This document shows positions 53,580 to 64,000 of a stretch of 64,000 nt of DNA, piece by piece. Location: assembly GCA_977030845.1 (NCBI GenBank), contig OZ365109.1, positions 6,696,001 through 6,760,000 of the forward strand. The letters run 5' to 3'. How positions within the stretch are numbered: position 1 is the stretch's first letter; every line of letters begins with the position of its first letter. The position numbers were made by a program, and so were the translations under genes. The notes beneath the pieces were generated by a model. The model saw nothing but the letters and a program-made list of their open reading frames with translations. It was not told where the DNA came from and did not search any database. This stretch comes from Fimbriosthenelais zetlandica (Eukaryota).

Positions 53580-56500
53580 GATGGCGATTGCTGGCGCTAG
53601 TCCCTACCTGGAAGACACAAAAAATAGTCAACATTTAGTAATTTAAATCAAATTCGTGAATAATTTACAATTCAACATGAATTTAAATCAAATTCGTGAA
53701 TGATTGATTTAGTTATTTACAATCACAATACACATTTTGTTCTACATAAATCCCAACAGTGTCATTTCAAAATATTTACCATACAATGCGATACATTTAT
53801 CATGGCATACGGGTTAATCATAATTGTGGTATTGTCATCATTTTTTCCTTAATCAAACCAAACATAACAACAGAGGAACCAACTCTGGTCAAGTCAAGTA
53901 CAGGTTCTGAGATGGGCGATCTGAGGTCATTTCTGAAAATGTAAAGCCAAGGAACCATAAAATGGATTTCTTGTCGATCACCCTTCCCCAACCCCACCTT
54001 CCATCGACCCACTTAACTAGATTCCATGGCAGCACTCATGAATAATCAAATAAATGCTTACTCCACCCGTTGCCATGGTAACCAGAACAAATAGTAAGTA
54101 TTACCTCAACAAAATACCAATCACAAAGGAAGTACTATCCGTCATTATATCTAAGTTGGTTGCTTTGAGATTTCACAGAATGGTGATAGAAGTTAATGGA
54201 GGCGAGACTAATGGGCGGAGTCTATCATAACAAGGGGGCCACGTATATATATCGAGAATGGCATTCGTCCAAACAAACCCAGACCATTAGATTTTAACCA
54301 TAGATGACTAACACAAATCATTAAAAAACATGTTGAATGTCACTGGTACTCATGTGTGGAACTAAATTAGTCCCGCAAACATAATAAGTTTCATGCCAAT
54401 GTACATGTATTACCGTAAGTAATAATCTAATCCAATACTAACTGTTACTATCATCATGGTACATTTCGCTTAATGATATCCCCAAGCTGATACCTCAGGA
54501 TGTCCTTTACTCCCCTACCCATTCCTTCTTGTCTGTGCAGTAGTGAAGCACAATAACGCACACAAATATTCACACACACTAACTCACACACACACACACA
54601 CGCCTTATTTATGGATCATAAAGCATTGTGGGTAGACGCAGGATAAAACACACAAGCCTCGTTTTGTGTCTGCTAATAATAGAATGGGTCCCCAACCCCC
54701 TCCCTAGTCCGACCCCTCCCCCCCCCCCCCCCGCCAACCACCACCACCTTTCCACCATTTCTCCGAGTGGGCGGGGAGGATAAAACTCGATGTAGGTTGT
54801 AGCACTAATTTGTTAACAAAACCCATAAATGCATGAATATTGTATCCATCTAAACGAGCAAATAATGGCAGAATGATCTCTCTTTGTTAGTTCATTGGAA
54901 AATCTCGAATTGCCCGCAAGTAGGAAAATACCAAAAGGTTTGAGTAATGAATTAATGCGCAACAACTCACAGGCATTAAAGATTGAGATCCATCCAAGAT
55001 GGCTTGGGAAATATTTTAGATCTGTGTATGGTTTCATTCAAGTTTTGAGAGCATGCATTCGCCACTCACTGGGAGGGGAGGGGGTAGGAGGTGTTAGGTT
55101 GGGTAAAGAGCAGGAAGCCAGTAAATTCATTTCCTAGACTAAATAAAACATTAGCCTGCAATAGGAAAGTGTAGCATATTCTTTTATAAACAAATGTTGG
55201 TGTATCCAGGGTTTGGTGGGGGGGGGGGGGGGGGGGGGGGAGGTAGGGTGGGGTGGGCGGAGAGATTGTGGGAAGGCGGGGGAGGGGGCTGAGAGTAGTG
55301 GGGGTTAGTAACAATAGCAGTACTGGTGCCTGGTGACATTTTCTTACCAGCAAATGTATGATTCATCCTGGAAGCCATTCCTCATAGCCTCCAGCCTCTC
55401 CCCCTCAAATCCAACCCATCTACCTATCTAATTAGGGCTTCATTCTTACCCTGGTAGGCACACATAATAATCGGGGAGGGGATTTAGTCCGGGGGCTGGG
55501 TGGGGGTGTCCACACGATCAAGGGTATCACTGCTCAAAGCTTGTATAATTAGGACATGATATCAACATAGCCTGTTAACATCCATCTGTATAAATTCCCT
55601 GCTGTCGGATTTCAATATATTTCCCAAATTAATTATGTACTCTTTTGGCAAATGGCAATGTCTACAAGCTTACTATAAGCCAGGCAGGGGTCCATCATCT
55701 CAAACTAGAAATCACGCACCGCAGTATCATGGCATAGATGATTAAACTTGTATTGATATCAGAAATAATTATCTATTTTGTTCAACAGTATTGAGGCTAA
55801 ACTTATCTCTTTCCCAATCCCTATCTGGAGTTGAGTTCCATCACTTGTTGCACTCTATGATAAAGATCTAGATGGACATGTAGCATCTTGTACAGCAGCA
55901 GCTACGGGCATTATTATGCAAAGATGCTATGAGGAAGATGTTCTAACCTTATAAGGCTGGCAATGAAAACTCAAAGCATAACAATCTTAGTCTATTATCA
56001 TAACCAGTCTATAACTATGCATAGTTGACCAAGTCTCCGACATAAGGTCGGAAATCTATATCCGATAAGGCAGATAACAATGGCCTAAGGGACAAATCTA
56101 CTCAAGGGACATGTTTGCAGCCATTTTGGTTATGACAGCTAAACACAAGCATCCGAGTCGATACCTATTTTCACACCAGAAGTGTGAGGGCCCATCTATT
56201 GTGATTCAACACTTCCCTTCCCTTCTCCCCACCCCTCCCCCACCCCCACCAAGACCACAAGCATTTTCATTGCTTCCAAGCATTGCCAACCTCTCCAGCA
56301 AGCATCAGCACTCTTTCCCTCTCTCTCACACACACACGCACCCAGCCTCGCCATAGCTTTCTTTGTCTTATGGCTTTCTTCGTCAGTTTTTATTACAATT
56401 ATTAATATCTGTAGGCAATGGCAGAGGGAGAGAATTGAGAGACAGAGTGTGGCACTGGAGCTGCTGATGCTGCTCACTCTGAGACAGACCCGACTCAGGA

Positions 56501-59500
56501 CTTTCTTTTCTTCACACCAAATATCTTCAACTTTTCACCAACCATGCCATTTGGTCTTGGGAATAGACAATGTACATTTAACCGAGCAGATAATCCCTTG
56601 CCTTTTCTCAGTCAAATTGCATTCATAATTAATCAAAATGATATAGATCTACAGGTCTATAGACCACAGTCCATCTTTGATTCACCCAGGGCTTATTAAC
56701 AGGACAGAAGTTAATGGCTTCCATATAATTTACTTCAGATTCATGTTGTGAAGGCCTTGGAAGAGAAGACCTCCTGACCTCCTGTGAAAAAAACCCACGA
56801 AATACCTCCTTCACTTGGGGAACACTTTGGTTATGGAATCCAAAGAGGCCTACCGGCGGTTTCAGTGGATCAGAACTTCCGATAAGCATGATGCCAACTT
56901 AGGTGTGGGTCTTGCGTTGTTATGGGAACTAGAAATGTTTCAAGTTGACTGAGATTTGTTTCAACTTTTCCATTCAACCCCAGCTTCTCAATGAATCAAT
57001 AAATGATCAATCGGTATCAATCACAAATCACCAATCAATCAATCCATCAATAGACAGTAAGCTGGTGATGTCCAAATGGTGCCTTACTACAGGTTTGTAC
57101 AAAGTGTAAGATAAGATCAGCATTCCAATGTGAAGGAATGTGTGAATATGGATTATGTCAACGAACACAGGTGTGAAAGGTGTCAAGTCCAAGGACTTCC
57201 CTCCTGGAATGACACAAGTTGACCACAGGATAACAGTATTTACTAAGTTTTCACACTAGTTAGTTAGTATTAACATAGACCTAGAATTTATGTCTATGGT
57301 ATTAAACAGTGGCTTTTAGTCTTACATTTACATCATTACATGTATACATACATTTCACCAAGCAGATCACTATTAGCCGCTTTTGGCTGGTTGAAATTGT
57401 TTCTAAATTTGGGCACATTTTAGGGTCCAAGTTCAATTAATATCATATGTCTTATTCACAAGATATTGATATTCTTGCACCGACATGTGTAGACATGTAA
57501 GTGAACTGAAAGTTATTGAGTAGAGTGGTAATATAGTTTAAGGTGGGTGAGTTATTGTTTTCCTGTATGAAGACTTGTGGCTTCTTGTTGAGTGACTGTG
57601 GCATGACCTGATAATGTTTTCAACCATTGTACAACCCAAGGCCAGAGCAGTGCTATACCGTAACTCCAGCACTGATCTTGCTTATATCGTACCATGACCT
57701 CCTCCTCCTCTTCCTTTAAACCCCCACCCCCACCCCTCAACCCCCCCCCACCCCACCTAACACATCCACACACTCCCATGACACACACATACAGAGTCCC
57801 AACTCACACACACCCCACTCTGACTACTGCCAGTTACACAACCCATCCATCCATCTGTCCCTCTAGTCGACCCACCCACCTGGCCCTGCGTCCCCCCTCC
57901 CACCCACTCACTACTCCTGGCTATTCCATCAAATCATTCACTCCCACTTACTATCTTACACACAGCTATTCCACCAAGCGTGCTTACCCCCTGACATCCC
58001 ACCCGACCCCCTCCCACCCCACCCTTCCCCCAACTCCTCCCTCCCCCATGGGCAGGCTCCCACGCACACAGCAGCGCCAACTCACACACGCTACCTACCC
58101 ATTCACTCACACACTATCAGCTGGTGCTTGGGTACCAAAACATTCTTGCCATATTATCATATTAACCCTTGTGGTCCCGGGAGGTGGCGTGCGTGTGCTT
58201 GTGCGACCAGACAAGGAATCACCATGCGTTCCGTTAAGTGTAACCCTTAGCATCCCATGGCCCTAGACCCTGCAGGAGTGGTGCGGTGGTGGCCTTGGGG
58301 GGTGGTGGAGGTGGTGGTGGTGGAGGTGGGTCGGAGGGTGGTATATGTATGCCAACACGTTACTCATACAATCTATGTGTATGTTGGTATATGTGTATGT
58401 GTGCAGCAGGCATTGAGGATTAGCAGTATGGCCTCCTCCTCCTCCTGGTCCTCACCTCAACCTGGCTTCATTATGTGATCCTCCCACATGTCTATTAGAC
58501 AAGGCCTACTATACCAGACTCCCAACGAAGATAGACAGACACACAGAGGCAAACAGATAGAAACAATACCTGCTATATATATATATACATGTATAGCCCA
58601 GACAAGGATAGGGCATAATCAAGGGCAGTCTCTACACCAGACTCTTAGCAAAAGAAAGATCGGACAGGTCAAAGACAGACAGGATAGGGAAAAGGCAGAC
58701 AGGTCAAAGACAGACAAATAGAAAGACATGTGGATAGGGAAAAGGCAGACAGGGAATAGATACTCTGATAGGAAACACTCATGATTTCAGAAGGAGAACG
58801 AAATGAAGGCCAAAAGAGCAAATACAGAATCAGAGGCACAAATGGACCTAAGATGTTAGAACGAAATTAGAACGAGACGATTTATCAGCGCAAGCCCATC
58901 CTCCACTCCCTCCCACCGCCCCTTCCCAACGACCTAAAGCAAATCAGATAGCAAGACAAAAGATACAACCTCTGCCACCACCAGAGTATCAGCATTAACA
59001 TCAGCATGAACAAGAACATACTTAAAGGCTTTTAAAGTTTCCATCTGACCCCTCCCACTTTTTATGACATCCTAAACCAAGACCAACCCAAATCCCATTA
59101 TTATACGGTCGTATCGCCACCAAAATGGTGTAACCAGGGTACAAAGGTTGGGTATAATAAGTTGTGAGGCCGGGGGCGGAGGTAGAAGAAGAGCAAGTAC
59201 AGGGACCTTCTTCGAAACCCGGATGAATATATTCTGACATTAATGTGTTTTTTGACCACTGCACACTGACACTTTACATCGAACCGCCCGATGTAAAATC
59301 CCCCGACCTATTATCGACTATTATGAACAATTCAGTATTTAAGGTGGGGCATTTCAAACAGTAGGGATGATGATACCCCCGCCCCCCTCCCCCACCAACC
59401 CAGTTCCAAATGTCACCCTTCGAGAACCTGACCCCCTCCCCCCCCGCACCCCAACCCACACCCCCCCCCCCCCCATCCCCCTTCAAAATTTACATATCAA

Positions 59501-61570
59501 TAGTAATGGTGACCCATTCCACACCCGAGCCCAACCAGCGGCCCGGACTTTCACTACACAAAAAGCACTAGCCCGACCCCCTTTAGTAACCCCCCTCCAC
59601 ACCCCCCAAAATCACATAGAAGGGCGGTGCTGGTTGTGTGGGGCGCTTGTGCCAAATGGTCACCCCCGCCTTCTCACCCCTTTAGCACTAGAGCCCCCTC
59701 CGGTACTGGCGTGAGCGGCCATGTTTGTGGTTTCTAAGCGTCTCTATGGCGTCTCCTCGCTAATCAGCCTCCCTCACTTCATCCCATGGTGTAACACTAT
59801 TCCCTCTCATTGACTCCCAATAACTCTAAAAGCAAACTAAAATCCATCACCAAATCACAAAGCGATCAAAAATCATTTTTAAAAAACACACAAAACAAGC
59901 CCCATCGCTGATTACGAATACATTGAAAATCACAAATTCATATCACAAAGAGATCACAAGTCAACAAAGCCAAATTTCCAATCATTCTGACCCCAAATTG
60001 AAAGCATCACATATTATGTACACAGAGTACATATCATTATAATAATATAGGAAAAACTCAGCCAGAGACCTTATAAATTCGTCTACTGAACCAAATCATA
60101 CTGCCTCATATCAGAGACTCTCTGGGCACATATCTATAGCCCCCAAAACGAATCACTTATCATTTTAAAATTAACCAGGTCTGCTAAGCACCAGGGTCAC
60201 TAAATGATCCCGAGGTCGGAGGATGGAAAAAACTTCAAAATTACAATCTGTTCACCAAGTAATTAAAACCGGAGCAGGCTGATATGACCAGTACCCCATA
60301 ATTTCATTCAATCTGGTACTGGAAGGGCGTGAACAAATCACAGAGGTGCCTTTGACCCTTCTCCCACAGGCACAACACAGGGATGTCAAATCTGTGACCG
60401 AGCATGGAGCAAAGTATCACCGCCCCTGACATCTCCACTACAATAAACAGTTGCCATCACTGCCACAATAGGCACAATATGAATCGCCAGATTTACAAGC
60501 AATCAGCCTTAAATCAATTATTGCCCGCCAATATAAATCCACCACAGCGATCATAAAAAGGGGTCTAAGTAAGAGAAACACAATGTTCAGTGGTGATCCC
60601 GCGTTTTAAAACATCACCCATAGGGGCGGCCATATTGAGAGTGGGGGTTTGTTTTTTGGAAATAATTTAAGGGGGAATATATGGATGAAATAAATAAATT
60701 GACACAAGCCATCGCCAAGGGATGTAGGAAATAAATATTATTTTATCCTCATATTGGGGTGAAATAGACAGATAGGAATTTCGGGCCCGTATTGACATGA
60801 AATAAATAAAATATTCCATCTCTTTTTTTAAATAAAAAAATTGCGAAACAAACACCCCCGCCCCCGATATTCTAATGGTCGCCCACTTAACTGATAAAGG
60901 GCCATTAAAAGTAAAAGTTTCTAGACGTCTTTACAAATTGTGATACCAATAATGCCTGATATTAACCCCTTTCTCATCGCTCCTCGCTGATTCAAAATCC
61001 TTTCACGTATGAAATATCCATGCCTATTTATTCCAACCTGGCATATAGATCCCAAGAATTCCTGGATCTATCTACAGGGGTATTATACCAGTCCTGATGC
61101 CAGGCATGAAAAATGTGGACATATCAAAGGTAAAAGCGGGAGGGGGTGTGTTTTACACCCACCCCAGACATACAGACATGGGGCGTATTGAGGTTAGAAA
61201 CCAGTACAAGCAGCAACCTGGAGGGTTGAGTGGAAATGGGGGATTCTTCTTCTCCACCTTCTACGACTCGGCCTTGGCATACTTGGTGGTATATCAGGAG
61301 GAAAAGCTATTTTTGTCAATGCCCGAGTGGGGGACAGACCGGCTGAGCTGGAGGAGGTGGAGGAGGAGGGGGGTATAACATATCTTGATCCTTCCCTATA
61401 GGTTTACTGGGTCAAGAGGAACAAGTCTGAAATGCTTCATTGGTTCTTTCGTCCCAATGATCCGGACAGGAGATCCGTGTATGGGGAATGTCGGCCAGTA
61501 GATACCTCTCCGGTTCCTGTTCATTTTAATGCATTTAATTTTTCATGTCCCTATATCTGAAACTGTCTTA

Positions 61571-61803
61571 AGCGCCTTCTACACTATACCGATTTATGAT
61601 CTGATCCGATCAAAATCTAACATGCAAGATCTGCTCCCAAATTGCATCAGATCTGACATGTCAGATCACATGCACATTGTACACCAATAATGATCTGATC
61701 TTCATACACATTATGCCGATTTCTAATCTTACTTCAACTTGATCTGATCAGATCGTTAAGATCATGAAATCGGGCCCCAGATCGGTGTAGTGTAGAAGGC
61801 GCT
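61571..61803. mobile_element. PIF/Harbinger-like MITE, ~23-bp TIRs, TTA target duplication
   Basis: tta|agcgccttctacactataccgat...atcggtgtagtgtagaaggcgct|tta; interior rich in gatctgatc. Confidence 0.8.
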
Positions 61804-61806
61804 TTA

Positions 61807-61972
61807 AGCCTCTACTGCACTGCTGCGATTTTGCTTGCGACACTACTGCGACAAAGTTGATATTTAAAGGCCTTGGACACTTGGACCACAACATATTAAT
61901 TTTATTGCGACACAAGCATCACCTTTGTCGCAGTAATGTCGCAAGCAAAATCGCAGCAGTGGAGTACAGGCT
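61807..61972. mobile_element. Second PIF/Harbinger-like MITE, ~50-bp TIRs, TTA target duplication
   Basis: tta|agcctctactgcactgctgcgattttgcttgcgacactactgcgacaaag...ctttgtcgcagtaatgtcgcaagcaaaatcgcagcagtggagtacaggct|tta. Confidence 0.85.
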
Positions 61973-63214
61973 TTAGTCCAAGTCATGATACTATTTACTA
62001 CATGACTCTCTGTCTCCCTTCGGCATAAATGTATAGGGTGAGTCTATAAGTTTCTATTTGGTGATCAGGCCAATGAGTAATGTTCAAGTCAACAAATGAA
62101 TGGGGACCTGTGGTGTAACACCGTGAAAGGGTCAGTAGGTTATTACCAAAGAACTGGAAATCATATCTAGCGGATCCAGGAAAAGTAGTATAGTATATTA
62201 GTCAAGGTAAGGTACAAACTGTATAAGAGTCTAAAACTTAAAAGGTCCCCTCTCAGGTGAGAGATCCACTAGGGACATCCTCCACGGCAGACTGCCTTCC
62301 AGTTAGAAAAACTTTCAAGACTCATATTTAGTAAACCAAGGGAGGATGACTTCCATGAAATCAGACAGGTGTGAGAGTAACATAAGTTGATATCTCTCCA
62401 CTCCGGGCCCACAAATAACTTTATACTTAGCTCCCGGCGGATCCGATTACAAAACTACACATATTAAGACAGACTAGACTAAGATGAGTCAAATATATAT
62501 AATATATATGATGATAGTAATGTATTCTTGAAATCTATTCAAACAGGAATTCAGTTGACCAAAGTCTTGGAATCATTCTGAGAACGTCACATTACTATTA
62601 CATGAAAGGGATGATACCTCTGATCGAGGGACTACCACAAAATACATCAACCTCTGTCCCAGTAATTGATATAAAGTTTTAATGAAAAAAAATTGTTCTT
62701 GTCGTAAAAGATGTATTGCGAAGAAAAAGCTATTTATAAGAATTAGTCGGTTTCTTTATACGATCTATTCTTTTATGTTAATCCCAAAATTCGAGACTTG
62801 CAAAATATTCACTGGTCATTTGGCCATAATACCAAACTGCCATATATATTATTAAAATTCCGTTTTCAAATTCAAATATCAAAAATCAGAGTAACTGAAA
62901 TGCAGATGGCAATAAAAATCAATAATGTCCAGTGATTGGTGGTTAGTGAGTGGGAATGATGAGCCCTGGGGAAGTGGCGGTGGTTTAATAAATACTCGTC
63001 ATCAGCACTATCCCCTACCGATCCACACCGATCAATAATCCCTTATGTACTTTTGTCATCGAAGAGCAGGCCTTATAAGGCAAACAAGACAGGAGACTGG
63101 AATACATGAAGCTGTCAGGAGCTGGAGAAGAAAGTGGGGGAAGAAGGTCCAAGAGATGTTCAGGGGATGCGGGGGGGAAACACGGACCAAATTACGTGTA
63201 TTGGGTGCTGGTAG

Positions 63215-63378
63215 NNNNNNNNNNNNNNNNNNNNNNNNNNNNNNNNNNNNNNNNNNNNNNNNNNNNNNNNNNNNNNNNNNNNNNNNNNNNNNNNNNNNNN
63301 NNNNNNNNNNNNNNNNNNNNNNNNNNNNNNNNNNNNNNNNNNNNNNNNNNNNNNNNNNNNNNNNNNNNNNNNNNNNNN
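63215..63378. other. Assembly gap (164 N)
   Basis: Run of N. Confidence 1.
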
Positions 63379-64000
63379 AATAAATTGATCTCTATCATTT
63401 GGAATTTCTTGGGTAACTGGCGGAAAGAGGTGCAACATAGGCAAGATCTCCGTTTCGGTTGAACTGCACATCAATTGACCTGTCTGACACTAAAACCAAA
63501 ACTCTACAACAGAATAAATTTTGACTATTGTATATTTTAAGGCCATGGCTGTACCAAAGTGGCACTTTTAAGGCAACAATGAAGTCAATGTAGCTTAGTG
63601 AGAACGGTCGTCTAATAAGCTTGGGGCATGTTCTCAGGCCATTTTAGCCCTGGGCCCTCAACTAAATGCAAGCCCCCGGCCCTAGTAGCAGCTTTTCTGG
63701 TAAGTTTAGTTAGACAATATAAAGGTCCACTAAACACTGAGTCTGCTATGGTAGTATGATTTAGCAGCAGGTCGCTGAGAGCCTCTGGCCTGTCACAGGG
63801 CTTACTTCAGCTCTATAACTATTGGTGTTACTACAATGAGGATATCATCATTGATTTGTCAAGCTTCAGGCTTAAATGACAGTAACAAAAATGACAGTAA
63901 CAATTGTCGTAGAATAACAACATTCTGAGACAAGGCAATAGTTTATGAACCGTAAAAAAATGCATGGTGAACAATACAAGTATTTTTGTATTATTACTAT

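Noticed and set aside
57694-58266. 190-aa Pro/Thr/His-rich ORF
   Set aside because: Arises from C/A-rich low-complexity DNA upstream of the GATAD2 coding region; no recognisable domain or splice context.
63045-63474. ORFs of 104-118 aa near the window end
   Set aside because: They are long only because they run through the N gap.

Overview
Eukaryotic (intron-rich, AT-rich) animal genomic DNA; a marine invertebrate, probably a mollusc/lophotrochozoan (inferred from SINE/MITE style and gene content, not proven). Gene order, reconstructed by manual GT-AG splicing with phase checks: 3' end of an ankyrin-repeat gene (+, 1-971); an 8-exon PhyH-family 2OG-Fe(II) dioxygenase (+, 3070-6943); a cluster of three paralogous 4-exon genes for ~220-aa secreted proteins, each made of three internal W-x-D-x-x-G/S...D repeats resembling the Vps62/DUF946 (beta-tripod-like) family (A on -, 8165-9564; B on +, 10595-12851; C on +, 15037-17587); an orphan HELLS/LSH-like exon with an in-frame stop (-, 19292-19501); a complete 23-exon NEDD4-family C2-WWx4-HECT E3 ligase (+, 20866-42196, 842 aa); and a GATAD2/p66 NuRD subunit (-, 49890-53579, 834 aa) whose conserved core lies in a single 2.3-kb exon. 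Introns and intergenic DNA contain many MITEs (PIF/Harbinger-, Tc1-, Tc2-, hAT-like), a tRNA-derived SINE, a truncated LINE, two minisatellites and microsatellites. There is a 164-N assembly gap near the end. The most novel-looking element is the stand-alone secreted Vps62/beta-tripod-like gene cluster; candidate NEDD4 microexons and the HELLS fragment come next.
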